A stretch of 64,000 nucleotides of DNA from positions 16,479-80,478 of the forward strand of contig JBGVSY010000035.1 of the NCBI GenBank assembly GCA_041862235.1, in the 5' to 3' direction. Below the pieces are notes generated by a model, which worked only from the letters and a program-made list of their open reading frames with translations, had not been told where the DNA came from and made no database searches. This document shows positions 10,422-20,614 of this stretch, piece after piece (within the stretch, counting starts at the first letter, position 1; each line of letters begins with the position of its first letter). The position numbers and the translations under genes were made by a program. The DNA comes from Nitrososphaeria archaeon. Its GTDB lineage: Archaea; Thermoproteota; Nitrososphaeria_A; Caldarchaeales; JAVZCJ01.

Positions 10422-11222
10422 ATGCATAGCAACGGCACCGGAACGGTGATCACGTTCGCCAACCAAAAAGGAGGCTGTGGGAAGAGCACAACAGTGGTCA
10501 ACGTGGGAGCCATACTATCATGGTGTCAAAACATGAATGTGTTGCTTGTGGATATGGATCCCCAGGCTAACACCACTAGCGGAGTCGGGATAATCCCTCA
10601 TGAGGTCGACACAACGGTATACAATGTACTTCTGACAGCCGCAGGTTTCAAAGATATGCGAGTTGGGCCTGCAACAGCCGAGGAGGCGATCATAAGAACA
10701 GCGTTCCCAAACCTCGACATTCTTCCGTCCAACCTGTATCTGGCAAGGGCCGAATCCGAGCTGCAGTCAGTTGTCTCGAGAGAAACGCTTCTCAAGCGAG
10801 CGTTGAATTCGATTAAAAGCCACTACGACTACGTGCTTGTAGACACACCCCCATCACTGGGGATCTTAACGTTGAATGCTTTAGTGGCTTCGGACGACGT
10901 TATCGTCCCTGTGCAAGCTCACTTCTATGCCGCTTCAGGAATACCTCTGCTGTTTGGCGCCATAGAAGATCTCAGGGTTGCGGGTTATGATGTCAAGGTA
11001 AGAGGGTTCCTAATGACAATGGTGGACAACAGAACCAGACTTGCACGAGATGTGAGGAAACTCCTTAGAGATCAGCACGGTAACCTCGTCTTCCAAACAG
11101 AGGTGCCCTCAAATATCCGTCTAGCCGAGGCCCCAAGCCACGGGAAACCTGTGATATTCTACGACTCCAGGTGCACTGGTGCTCAAGCATACCAAAAACT
11201 GACGGAGGAAATGATCAGTTGA
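10422..11222 (+). CDS. ParA/MinD-family partition ATPase (SegA-like). The start is chosen about 10 residues before the Walker A motif.
   Basis: Deviant Walker A ANQKGGCGKSTT and ParA-like downstream motifs (VLVDTPPSLG). The ORF track gives a longer N-terminal extension from 10203 that is probably not translated. Confidence 0.75.
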   Translation: MHSNGTGTVITFANQKGGCGKSTTVVNVGAILSWCQNMNVLLVDMDPQANTTSGVGIIPHEVDTTVYNVLLTAAGFKDMRVGPATAEEAIIRTAFPNLDILPSNLYLARAESELQSVVSRETLLKRALNSIKSHYDYVLVDTPPSLGILTLNALVASDDVIVPVQAHFYAASGIPLLFGAIEDLRVAGYDVKVRGFLMTMVDNRTRLARDVRKLLRDQHGNLVFQTEVPSNIRLAEAPSHGKPVIFYDSRCTGAQAYQKLTEEMIS

Positions 11223-11263
11223 ACCAAAAAAAGAAAGATGATTCGTATTCTGTTCTAGGAAAC

Positions 11264-11662
11264 ATGGGAAGAAGGCTCAGCGTTGTGGGAGCCTTCATAG
11301 GAGAGAAGCGATCTCAAGGCGACAATCTCGTCCGCGACAACGTGGAAGCTCTGCAAAACATACCCCGACCAACAGTACGACAAGAAGAAAAGCTGGATTT
11401 TCAGAGGCGCTGGAAACCGAAAAAGATGAGGAAAAGCTTCTATGAAACCAACGACAGAATTCAGAAATCGGTATGGATCAACAAAACGCTGAGACAAGAA
11501 GTCGTAGGCATAATAGACGAGTTGAATGGAAAAAGTCTTCCTTTCACAGAAGGCCAATTGCTGCGAGAATCTGTCGAGACGGGATGGCCGACCGTTAGGG
11601 AAAAATATCTTGAGATGTTGCTTAGGCTGGGAGACCTCAAGACCAACGACCAGGAACCCTAA
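11264..11662 (+). CDS. Small basic protein downstream of parA, a candidate SegB-like or centromere-binding partner
   Basis: Same strand, about 40 bp after parA. The sequence is K/R/E-rich and reads as a real protein, whereas the overlapping minus-strand ORF 11255-11716 is F/S/L-rich and looks spurious. Confidence 0.4.
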   Translation: MGRRLSVVGAFIGEKRSQGDNLVRDNVEALQNIPRPTVRQEEKLDFQRRWKPKKMRKSFYETNDRIQKSVWINKTLRQEVVGIIDELNGKSLPFTEGQLLRESVETGWPTVREKYLEMLLRLGDLKTNDQEP

Positions 11663-11899
11663 CTCTTCTGTCACGTTTGAACATTGAACAAAGTAGGAGC
11701 AGTATACATCTTGCACAATGTGTCAGGTGTGGCAGCCCTACCTGTACCGATTCTCGCCCAACAGACGTTTTCGATGAACTTCAACCGATCTCAGCCAATC
11801 GATCAAAACGTGAAAAGAAAGGGATCGACATTCACTTGGGAGAGATGGTAGACCAACTATCCCAAGGAGCCATGATCGATCGAGGTTCTGTGAACCCAT

Positions 11900-12715
11900 T
11901 CACCCGCTCTTTTTCATCCTAAAGACTGAACTCATCAGCGCCGACACATATGCACGTTGCCGCTCATCTACACTTGCAAGCGAACTCAGCGACACTGGTG
12001 TAACACTGATGTTCTTCCTAACGTAGACGTTGTACGCGTCGGTGTCGACACCGAATCTCTTCACCTTTCTTCCGTCCAGCCAATAGTAGGGCACACCGTT
12101 GGGATCAACTTTCCTGCGCAGGAAATTCCTGAACTTGAACCTCGCCAAACTCGTGATCTTAACTCGGGTCTGTAGATCTATCCTCTCCGGAAAGTTGACG
12201 TTGATGAAGTCTATCTCCTTCGGAAATGGATTCCTGTCTACGAAGTCCATAATCATCCCTGAGAGGTCCGCGGCCTTCTTCATATACGGATTTCGATGTG
12301 TAGCTGAAAACCATGCCTCTCTGCGTGTATCTATAGAGAGAGCCATCCCAGGTATACCTACTATCGCCGCCTCCAACACGGCTGCTACGGTTCCACTTGT
12401 GAAGATAGAGTGAAGCGTGGTGTTATCCCCTCCATTGATCCCGGAGACAACGAAATCGGGTTCACCCTCGAGGAGTAAGAGAGCGGCGTACACGGCGTCG
12501 GCTGGTGTCCCGTTGATGGCATACGCCTTGCCGTTTCCTCTAAGATTGGTTTCGCGTATCCTTAGAGGCTTATGAAACGTGAGAGCCTTCCCGTCTCCAC
12601 TCCGCTGGGACTCAGGGACAACAACTAACACTTTGTGCTTCTTCTTCAATACGTTGTACAATTCAATGAGGCCTGGAGACTCAGGCCCATCATCGTTCGT
12701 CAGGGCGATCTGCAT
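11900..12715 (-). CDS. surE: 5'/3'-nucleotidase SurE
   Basis: N-terminal LTNDDGPESPG motif and overall SurE length of 271 aa. Confidence 0.8.
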   Translation of the reverse strand: MQIALTNDDGPESPGLIELYNVLKKKHKVLVVVPESQRSGDGKALTFHKPLRIRETNLRGNGKAYAINGTPADAVYAALLLLEGEPDFVVSGINGGDNTTLHSIFTSGTVAAVLEAAIVGIPGMALSIDTRREAWFSATHRNPYMKKAADLSGMIMDFVDRNPFPKEIDFINVNFPERIDLQTRVKITSLARFKFRNFLRRKVDPNGVPYYWLDGRKVKRFGVDTDAYNVYVRKNISVTPVSLSSLASVDERQRAYVSALMSSVFRMKKSG

Positions 12716-12868
12716 TTCTTGCTTCGTGAGGAGGCTGCGTCTGGGCTTGGAGTTAAGTCTTGTCTCATAGAAGCGTCCTTCGATCTATCCTTGGTCTGTG
12801 CTAGACCTATTTGGGGGATCAGAGAAGGAAGAAAAACCATTATCTTCTAGCTTCCAGCGTAGAATAGA

Positions 12869-12992
12869 GGGCCCGTAGCCTAGAATGGATAGGGCGGCAG
12901 CCTCCTATCCTCCTTTGCGAGAGTCAGCTGCAGAGAGGTGGGACGAGCACCCCCTCGTGGAGATCGCGGGTTCAAATCCCGCCGGGCCCGCC
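12869..12992 (+). tRNA. tRNA-Arg (anticodon CCT, tentative), about 124 nt with two introns: a canonical one at 37/38 and a second in the variable-loop region
   Basis: Acceptor GGGCCCG pairs with CGGGCCC, then G and an encoded CCA. The D arm is GCCT/GGGC, the anticodon stem GCAGC/GCTGC, the loop CUCCUA, and the T arm GCGGG-TTCAAAT-CCCGC. There are about 18 extra nt after position 37 and about 29 extra nt between the anticodon stem and the T stem. Confidence 0.65.
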
Positions 12993-13100
12993 ATCGGCAA
13001 ATAATCAGATCGGCTTGTTCTCGGCTCTTCTTTAGGCGATCAGCTTGACTCAGATGGTTTCGGCCGTAGGATAAGACTTATTCAAGCCAGATCCCGCACA

Positions 13101-13463
13101 ATGTCTTCGAAACACTTCATGAACGACAGGGAGTTCGAGGTGAGGATAGTTCAGTTGATACTCTCAGGGGAAAGTCAGAAGGCTTTGGAAGCACTGAGCA
13201 AAAGCTATGGTGTGGGGACCCCGAAGCTCCGGGTTGGAGCTGTGAAGGGAAGGGTGAAGAGCCCGGCGGTCTACGTTGCACGAAGCAAGACAATACATGT
13301 CTCAAACGCTGACGGGTTATCAAATCCCAGGCTTATTCTTCACGAGTTTTATCATCACCTTCGCACCATTGACGAGAAGCACCGAGGAACCGAGAAGCAC
13401 GCCGACAGGTTCGCTGAACACTACGTCCGCTCATATATCGAGAGAGGAAGATCGACCCAGTGA
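13101..13463 (+). CDS. Small putative zinc metallopeptidase-like protein (HEFYHH motif)
   Basis: 120-aa ORF with LILHEFYHHL, an HExxH motif similar to ImmA/IrrE or SprT-like small peptidases. Confidence 0.45.
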   Translation: MSSKHFMNDREFEVRIVQLILSGESQKALEALSKSYGVGTPKLRVGAVKGRVKSPAVYVARSKTIHVSNADGLSNPRLILHEFYHHLRTIDEKHRGTEKHADRFAEHYVRSYIERGRSTQ

Positions 13464-13537
13464 ACGTAGAGAAAATCTGTGGCACAAAGCCTTTGGAGGT
13501 TGCTGTTCAGCCGAGCCCTGATAGTCCTTTGATTTGG

Positions 13538-14245
13538 TCAGTCGATCGATCGGAGAACGGATAGGAGTTCCGACAGGCTGTGGATTACGTAGTCGGGATT
13601 CTCAAGATCCGGCCAATCACGCCTCATGACAAGGGTCACCAGCATCCCTGCGCGTTTCGCTCCTCGAACATCGCTGAACGGCTTGTCGCCTACGACAAGA
13701 CATTGCTTGGGGGAGACGGCCAGTTGGGAGGCAGCCATCAGGAATGGTTGAGGGTGTGGCTTGAGCATCACGCCGTCCTCTCCGCCGACTACAACAGCCG
13801 AGAAGTAGCGCTCCAAACCTGAAACACTGATGCGTCGACGTTTCACGCCAGGCGTGCCGTCCGTGTTGGTCACAATCCCTAGGGAGTATCCTCGCATAGC
13901 CTCCAGGGTTGACACAACGTCTGGGAACGGTCTTCCCTTGGCGTACTCCTCCCAGTAACGCTTCGTCCAGCGTCGTAAGGCTTCACTCGAGGCGGCTACT
14001 TTCGCGTTCACCCTCTGCAGAACTTCAACCCACCACAGATTACGGTTGAACTCCAGACTCCTCTCCATCTCCTCTCCCGTCTCCCGGATCGCGGTGAGAA
14101 GCCTTCGAATCGTAGATGCTGGGCTTGTGGGATGCATATCCCGCGCGATCTCTCGAGCCACACTGTCACTGGCCATCCTCGCCACTGCCGAAGAGTCGAT
14201 CAGCGTGTCGTCGAAGTCACACAGCACCGCCTCCACTCTCTTCAT
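13538..14245 (-). CDS. HAD-superfamily hydrolase
   Basis: DxDxT motif (LCDFDDTLIDS) at the N-terminus and GDKPFSDVRGAKRAGM near the C-terminus. Confidence 0.75.
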   Translation of the reverse strand: MKRVEAVLCDFDDTLIDSSAVARMASDSVAREIARDMHPTSPASTIRRLLTAIRETGEEMERSLEFNRNLWWVEVLQRVNAKVAASSEALRRWTKRYWEEYAKGRPFPDVVSTLEAMRGYSLGIVTNTDGTPGVKRRRISVSGLERYFSAVVVGGEDGVMLKPHPQPFLMAASQLAVSPKQCLVVGDKPFSDVRGAKRAGMLVTLVMRRDWPDLENPDYVIHSLSELLSVLRSID

Positions 14246-14403
14246 CTCTTAACCCTCCTTCAAAATGGGCTGCAAGGTCTTGATAATGAGAAGGTGTCAG
14301 GCCCGATGATCGATCGATACTCCGGCGGAAGGACGCGCAGATGGTACCTTAAACTCAACGAGGAAAACGAGCTAGACCGATGATTTAGCTACTCGCTACC
14401 GAG

Positions 14404-14598
14404 TTATTCCTCAACGATGATAGCGTTTTCAGGGCATTGCTCAACGCAGGCCATACAGACCAAGCAAGCGTCGGGGTTCGCGGGTATGGATACTTCTTTG
14501 TCGTTGTGTTTCCCTTTTTCGAATACTTCCACCGGGCAGACTTCTATGCACGTCCAGTCTCCATTGCATTTTTCACAGTCCACTGTTACTTTGGGCAT
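14404..14598 (-). CDS. 2x[4Fe-4S] ferredoxin, about 65 aa, with a start at the internal Met
   Basis: Two cysteine clusters, CEKCNGDWTCIEVCP and CLVCMACVEQCP. The upstream 48 codons of the tracked ORF are basic and low-complexity, and are unlikely to be translated. Confidence 0.6.
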   Translation of the reverse strand: MPKVTVDCEKCNGDWTCIEVCPVEVFEKGKHNDKEVSIPANPDACLVCMACVEQCPENAIIVEE

Positions 14599-14996
14599 GT
14601 AGCTCACCCTGTTCGTGCCGCTATTTGCGCGGTATTTAGGGTTTTTCCTTCGAGAATTAGCGGCTGTGGATGCGTTCGGTCGATCGACCTTCGCGACCTC
14701 TGCACGTACTTCGCCGCAGTCTCCTTGCAGTCTTCTCTCCATAGAGGTGAGGTTCTCAGTGATCCCGTTGAGGTAGGCTGGGTTTTCCAGAGTTTAGTAA
14801 CCTGTTTGTTGGGTTCGGTCGAAGTTGTTCCACGACGTGAAGGGAGTTTGACTAGGACCCTCATGCAAAGATCGTGTCCAGCCGGCGCATATGACTTTTC
14901 TAGGGGTCATCGATCACTCGTGTGTGACTGACCAGCCAATCGATGGATCAAAAGCGTTAATAGTCCATCGTGTAACCAAAGCTGTGAGTGAACGTC

Positions 14997-15773
14997 ATGA
15001 GTTTCAGGATGAGAATTCCTAATGCCAAATCCTTCTCTGACCTTGTAAACGCTGTGTCAGCTGTTGTTGAAGAGGGAACTTTTCGTGTGGATGAGTCGGC
15101 TGTGAGGTTAACCGCAATGGACCCAGCCCACATCAGTCTGGTGGACTTCGAGTTTCAGAAGGCGGGGGCGGAGGAGTTCTCTTGTGAGACGCCTGTTGAG
15201 ATATCTGTCAGTATTACGGAGCTGCTGAAGTTCCTCAAGAGGGCGAGAGGAGGTGAAGGTCTGGAGTTATCTTATGACTCTGAGAGGAGGCGTTTGACGA
15301 TATCGTTCACAGACCCCTCGCTTTCGACAGAGAGAATGTTCACAGTAGGCGCCTTGGAGACGGCGGGTGAGAAGCCTCCTTCGCCGAAGTTGACGTTCGA
15401 TGCTAGGGCGAGGATGGAGATAGATGTGTTCAAAAATGCGGTAGATGACAGTATGTTGGTGAGCGATTATGTGAAGGTTACCATCAGCCCCAGCGGTGTA
15501 ACTCTCGCCGCTAAGGGAGAGCTTGGTACTTCTCAGACGAAGGTGGTGAAGACCCCAGAAAAGACAGATACAGCTCTCTATGATTTGCAGGCGGAAGCCG
15601 AAACCTCAGCGCATTTCAGCATAAACTATCTGAGCAAGATCCTGAGAGCCGCAACTGCCGTCTCGAAGGAGCTCACAGTTGAGTTATCAACAAGCAAACC
15701 CATCAGGCTTGACTTTACCATACCCGCTGGTCACCTGACTTATCTGATCGCTCCTCGCATTGAGTCGGCGTAG
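14997..15773 (+). CDS. pcn: DNA polymerase sliding clamp PCNA
   Basis: PCNA-like N-terminus FRMRIPNAKSFSDLVNAVSAVVEEGTFRVDESAVRLTAMDPAHISLVDFEF. About 258 aa. An upstream ttaata element lies about 35 bp before the ATG. Confidence 0.8.
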   Translation: MSFRMRIPNAKSFSDLVNAVSAVVEEGTFRVDESAVRLTAMDPAHISLVDFEFQKAGAEEFSCETPVEISVSITELLKFLKRARGGEGLELSYDSERRRLTISFTDPSLSTERMFTVGALETAGEKPPSPKLTFDARARMEIDVFKNAVDDSMLVSDYVKVTISPSGVTLAAKGELGTSQTKVVKTPEKTDTALYDLQAEAETSAHFSINYLSKILRAATAVSKELTVELSTSKPIRLDFTIPAGHLTYLIAPRIESA

Positions 15774-15950
15774 AATTTTTGAAGTGATAAAGAGAAAGGA
15801 AGTCGATCGATGCTCACTTTGCCGGCTTAAGGCTCTCCCATGTATTCCTCTTCAGCCGCTTCATTACTCTTCAGATAGTCTCCTCTTGGTTCGGTGGTGA
15901 ACTAAACCTTAACACTGGCTTGTTCGAATGGTTCGAGAAGGCGATGACCG

Positions 15951-16994
15951 TTGGTAACGGGTATAGTCTATCACAAAGCATATCTCGCCCATGATTTGGG
16001 TTACGATCATCCTGAGAGGCCTGAGCGAATAGAGAACATACTCAAGGCGATGGAGGAGATCTTAGAGAGGCAGGACGTTACTCTCCTTGAGCCGAATCCA
16101 GCGTCAACGACGGATCTGTTGAGAGTTCACACCGCAGACTACGTGGCCAAGATACAGAGTATGAGTGAGACTGGAGGGGTTCTTACAATGGACACTCCAG
16201 TTCCACAGGGGGTCTACGAAACAGCGAGGCTGGCTGCTGGAGGAGCGATACTAGCTGGCGAGTCGGTTGTAGAGGGGAAGGTCGATAACGCGTTTGCGTT
16301 AACCAGGCCCCCAGGTCATCACGCTGGCAGAGCTTTTGGGGGAGGTTTCTGTTTCTTCAACAATGTAGCTGCAATGGTAGAGTACATTAGGTTTCGTCAT
16401 CACCTTGGGAAATTCGCTATTTTGGACTGGGATGTTCATCATGGAAATGGAACCCAAGAGATATTCAATCGTGACCCCGACGTACTGTACTTTTCAACCC
16501 ATCAGAGCCCTCTCTACCCGGGCACTGGAGCCATAGAACAAATTGGAGAGGGATCCGGTCTTGGATCCAAGATTAATGTTCCTCTTCACCCAGGGACTTC
16601 TGGAGCGTCCTTCAAATACATTTTGGCCGAGCTTTTCGCGCCGTTGGTGGAGCAGTTTAGACCCGACCTTATCGCTGTTTCAGCTGGTTATGACGCATAC
16701 TTTGATGATCCGCTTGCGAACCTGAACTTCACAATCGAGACTTATTCCTACTCAGCCAAGTTTGTCAAGGACTTGTCGGATAAGTTATGTGATGGAAGGC
16801 TTGCGGTTGTATTGGAGGGCGGATACAACCTACAGGCGGTTTCACTCGGTGTTCTTGCTACATTGTCTTCTATGCTTGGACTAGGAGACGTTGAGGAGCC
16901 CTCCACAACACCATCACAGGTTGTTGATGAGGTCGTCCGAAGAGAGGTCTCACACATTAAGGAAATTCTGTCTCCTTACTGGAACCTGCGGTGA
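15951..16994 (+). CDS. Histone deacetylase/acetoin-utilisation (AcuC) family deacetylase
   Basis: Motifs HPERPERI, RPPGHHA, FCFFNNVA, LDWDVHHGNGTQ and SAGYDAYFDDPL. Confidence 0.8.
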   Translation: MVTGIVYHKAYLAHDLGYDHPERPERIENILKAMEEILERQDVTLLEPNPASTTDLLRVHTADYVAKIQSMSETGGVLTMDTPVPQGVYETARLAAGGAILAGESVVEGKVDNAFALTRPPGHHAGRAFGGGFCFFNNVAAMVEYIRFRHHLGKFAILDWDVHHGNGTQEIFNRDPDVLYFSTHQSPLYPGTGAIEQIGEGSGLGSKINVPLHPGTSGASFKYILAELFAPLVEQFRPDLIAVSAGYDAYFDDPLANLNFTIETYSYSAKFVKDLSDKLCDGRLAVVLEGGYNLQAVSLGVLATLSSMLGLGDVEEPSTTPSQVVDEVVRREVSHIKEILSPYWNLR

Positions 16995-17665
16995 AGGCTG
17001 TCTGGTACGATGATTGGCGAAGAGTTCAAATACAGTATTTGGAAATGGATCTAGTGATGGGTTTGCCTTATGCTCGCCCCTACCACCCAACGTGGAATTG
17101 GGATCGCTGTCTGGATGACGTTAGGGGTCTCAACGGCCGTCTCGGTTTCCCGAGAGACAAAGCCGGTTGTCTGGCCTTCCTTGGTCTTAAGGTCTTGCCG
17201 GAAGAGAGGCTGGTTAAGGACTCTCTAGATAACCGCGCCGTTACCGATGATTCAGTGATACTCTCGCTTCTTCATCACTACTCGAAAGCACATCACCGTA
17301 GGTTAACAGGTACATTTGTTCCTTTTCGCAAGTTCTCAGGCGGCTCATCCTATCAACCAACATTTGGGAGACGCGTCTTGGACAAGATTTCACTTACGTT
17401 TGGTAGTCGCCCAGAGATGCTAGGCCCCGCTGCTGAGATGCTTGGGGGAGCAGAGACTCAGCTAGAAACCTACTCATGGCAAATCCCTGCACTTCCTCTC
17501 ATTCCGTTGACCATCGTCCTGTGGCCACAGAGTGAGGAGTTTTCCGCGTCCTCCAACGTACTGTTCGATTCCTCAGCAGATTCGTTTCTACCCACCGAGA
17601 TGCTGGTGCTTCTAGCTGAGTTGACGTCCGCTAGACTGAAGAAGGTAGCAGAGTACCTCGATTGA
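16991..17665 (+). CDS. Hypothetical protein translationally coupled to the deacetylase (ATGA overlap)
   Basis: 224-aa ORF whose start overlaps the upstream stop by 4 bp. No confidently recognised domain. Confidence 0.4.
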   Translation: MKAVWYDDWRRVQIQYLEMDLVMGLPYARPYHPTWNWDRCLDDVRGLNGRLGFPRDKAGCLAFLGLKVLPEERLVKDSLDNRAVTDDSVILSLLHHYSKAHHRRLTGTFVPFRKFSGGSSYQPTFGRRVLDKISLTFGSRPEMLGPAAEMLGGAETQLETYSWQIPALPLIPLTIVLWPQSEEFSASSNVLFDSSADSFLPTEMLVLLAELTSARLKKVAEYLD

Positions 17666-17919
17666 TGCACGTAGAACCAGCTATCGTCAATCGATAGAAT
17701 GTGTGCTCCATCCAAGCCCGGTGTTCACTCTAGCATTATCCACCGATCGATCGAGAGGTATGCAAGCAGATGGAACATATAGAGCGAGTGTTATACATGC
17801 CGTGGCGTAAGTCTCAGGGAGACCGAGGAGCCAAATCAACCAGACGAACAAACAGGTCGATCGATCTTCTTATAAGTTTTGATAGAAGAGCAATCGTTCG
17901 GCTGCTTGCGGGGAACCTG

Positions 17920-19359
17920 ATGAAGTTCGCGTTCATCCACCCTAGACCAGATCTAGAGACCCCTGACCCTGACAAAAGGAAGGCTCCCGCATCATGGCCT
18001 CCTTTAGGAATACTTTACATGGCATCGTTCCTCAGAGAACGTGGAGTTGATGTCTCGGTACTTGATCAAGCAGCCAGCACCATTTCTTTTAGTGAAACAG
18101 TTGGATGGGTAAAACGTCAAGACCCGGATATTCTGGGAATCTCAACGCTCAACAACTCCGGTCTTACAGCGGCCAGGATTTCCCGTGAAGTCAAATCCAT
18201 CAACGCAGATGTCGTCGTTGTATGGGGAAACGTTCTCGCGTCATTCAACGCAGAGAGGATCCTACGGGATCATCCATTTGTGGACATAGCGGTCAGAGGA
18301 GAGGGTGAACTAACTTCTCTCGAGATAGCTAGGTGTATGGAGAGAGGAGATGATCTAGAATCGGTCCGTGGGATCACGTTCCAAAGGAATAGACATGTGA
18401 TCTCTACGGAGGACAGGCCGCTTCTGAAGAATGTGGACTCACTTCCCCTTCCCGCTCGCGATCTGTTGGATGCGGAATACCATTCAGCAATCTTCGGGGT
18501 GCAGGTGGCGCCTAAGAGGTTCACGACTATGGTATCATCTCGGGGCTGCCCATACAGGTGTCGTTTTTGCGGTGGAAGCAGGCTGTTCCATAATGTTTGG
18601 CGACCTAGGTCAGTGGACAGCATAATGGACGAGTTGACGCTAATCGTTGATGAAGGATATCGCCAACTTCTTTTTGTCGATGACAATTTCACTTTGAGCC
18701 AAGAAAGAGTTGAGGACTTATGCAGGCGAATGAGGCGGGAAAGACTTGATCTCGAGTGGTTCTGCGACTCAAGGGTTGATCGTTGTTCAAGTCAGATGTT
18801 GAAGGAGATGGCGCGGTCAGGCTGCAAGATGCTCTACCTTGGGATCGAGAGCGCAAATCAAAGGATACTAGACTATTACAATAAGAGGATCACTCCATAC
18901 CAATCTGAGAATGCGGTTCAAACTGCGAGGGATGCTGGAATAGACGTGATCGTGGGTTCATTCATAGTGGGAGCTCCTGATGAGACTCGAGCGGAGATAC
19001 TTGACACTTTAAGGTTTGCTCATAATTTGGATATAGATATCGCGCAATTCAACATCCTGAGGGTATTTCCTGGAACAGAGATATGGGATGAGCTCAGAGA
19101 GAAGAGTCTGATAGACGAGGACAGGTACTGGGAGACAGGGATTTATGTGCCAGACATATGCTTTACTGCACAGAACGCAGAGGAAATGAAGCGTTTGATC
19201 TCGAATGTCTTCAGGGACTTCTATTTGCGGCCAAGGTTCATCCTGAGGCAGGGGGTAAGAACATTGACAAGTTGCTACCGTCTTCATGTGGTCGCCAGCA
19301 ACCTTCGAAGCGTAGGTGCGGTTAGGGAAGGTTTCAGCCAGGCGGCTGTTGCGTACTGA
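17920..19359 (+). CDS. B12-binding-domain radical SAM protein
   Basis: A CxxxCxxC cluster (SRGCPYRCRFCGG) preceded by an N-terminal Rossmann-like B12-binding region. The start is chosen at MKFAFIHP; the tracked ORF starts at 17770. Confidence 0.7.
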   Translation: MKFAFIHPRPDLETPDPDKRKAPASWPPLGILYMASFLRERGVDVSVLDQAASTISFSETVGWVKRQDPDILGISTLNNSGLTAARISREVKSINADVVVVWGNVLASFNAERILRDHPFVDIAVRGEGELTSLEIARCMERGDDLESVRGITFQRNRHVISTEDRPLLKNVDSLPLPARDLLDAEYHSAIFGVQVAPKRFTTMVSSRGCPYRCRFCGGSRLFHNVWRPRSVDSIMDELTLIVDEGYRQLLFVDDNFTLSQERVEDLCRRMRRERLDLEWFCDSRVDRCSSQMLKEMARSGCKMLYLGIESANQRILDYYNKRITPYQSENAVQTARDAGIDVIVGSFIVGAPDETRAEILDTLRFAHNLDIDIAQFNILRVFPGTEIWDELREKSLIDEDRYWETGIYVPDICFTAQNAEEMKRLISNVFRDFYLRPRFILRQGVRTLTSCYRLHVVASNLRSVGAVREGFSQAAVAY

Positions 19360-19777
19360 ATTTCATCCAAGCGCTTACTCATGTGCTGTTTGTTAGCAAC
19401 ATGGAGATGGCGGACCTAGTAAGTACGCTGCAGGTCACACTCTCACCAAACAGCTCTGCTAACTTGACAGAAACGAGGAAACAAAAATCGAGATGAGACT
19501 TCCACATCGGGCGTTGAGAGTGTTGAGTTGACGAGCTATCCATGGAATGTTCTTGCCAAAGGAGTATTTTCTAACCAGTGGGTAGGGAACCAGCACAGAG
19601 TCTCCTTTGAACGCTTTTGACGATGTTCCTAGCGAAGCGGGTGATCAATCGATCGCAGTTGGACGGAGATCTGTAGGCCAAAGAAAACTGGGAGGATAAG
19701 TCTCCAGTGCAGAGCTTAGTACCTTTCTCGGTGAATTGCGATCAGTTGAGAACTGCGTGACTCGACGATATTGATTT

Positions 19778-20419
19778 TCAAAATAAGGTGTATAGATATA
19801 CGCACGTTGCCGCGACGAAAGGAATGGTCACGTTATCATCGATTCTTGGTATCCTTTCAATCATGCTAACGAGCGCACTTACAGCGATACCGTATATCCC
19901 CAGTTTCCACAAGGCGATTGTAGAACACACGATGAACATTGCAAGGGTTCCATCCCATGATTTGATGTGTCTCTTCTGGGTGAAGGCTCTGACAACTCCA
20001 GTGACGGCATCCCCAAAGGACATGAAAAGTACAGGAATCAAACCTACCCATATATTTCCAAGATAGAATCCAAGGAGAATCATCAATCCGTAAGCGATTG
20101 CGAAGTGTACTTCGTAGGAGTTTTCTTCTATCTGAAACCAATACATCCTTCTCCATTTTCTTCTGAAGAATACGTAACCCGCGAGCAGAAATGCCATGAT
20201 AGCCACTATCCAGTAGTAGCCCTCATAGAATAGGGGCACTAATAGGGCTGTGATGCCTCCCCCTAGGATGTGGACTATCTTTCTTCCAATGTATTCTGCA
20301 GGGACGCTCCTACCCCTTCTGAAGAACTCATAGAACAATCTCGAGATGTAATGTATTACCGCGAGGTTCCACACGAGAAGAATCGCGGTAACAACTGCTA
20401 CCTGTCCAAGAACATCCAT
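19778..20419 (-). CDS. Polytopic membrane protein, dolichol/polyprenol kinase or cytidylyltransferase-like
   Basis: Six or seven hydrophobic helices, and an FGDAVTGVVRAF motif near the C-terminus like CTP-dependent polyprenol kinases. Confidence 0.4.
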   Translation of the reverse strand: MDVLGQVAVVTAILLVWNLAVIHYISRLFYEFFRRGRSVPAEYIGRKIVHILGGGITALLVPLFYEGYYWIVAIMAFLLAGYVFFRRKWRRMYWFQIEENSYEVHFAIAYGLMILLGFYLGNIWVGLIPVLFMSFGDAVTGVVRAFTQKRHIKSWDGTLAMFIVCSTIALWKLGIYGIAVSALVSMIERIPRIDDNVTIPFVAATCVYLYTLF

Positions 20420-20614
20420 ACTTCTATGGTCGTCTGACCTACACCTATAATTTTTTCCGTCAATTCGGTCGATCGACCATCATGAAATGAACTCTATCAG
20501 TAGCGCCATACACACTGCAAATGTGAGACAAACGTGTTCAGCATTTACAGTAACGCGAGCAAGCGCTGGTGACTCAAGTGACGGGAACCGAGCTTCAAAG
20601 AATCGTTGCGGTCC

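Noticed and set aside
11255-11716. 153-aa minus-strand ORF antisense to the parA-partner gene
   Set aside because: F/S/L-rich and low complexity, whereas the plus-strand alternative has normal charged composition and operon logic.
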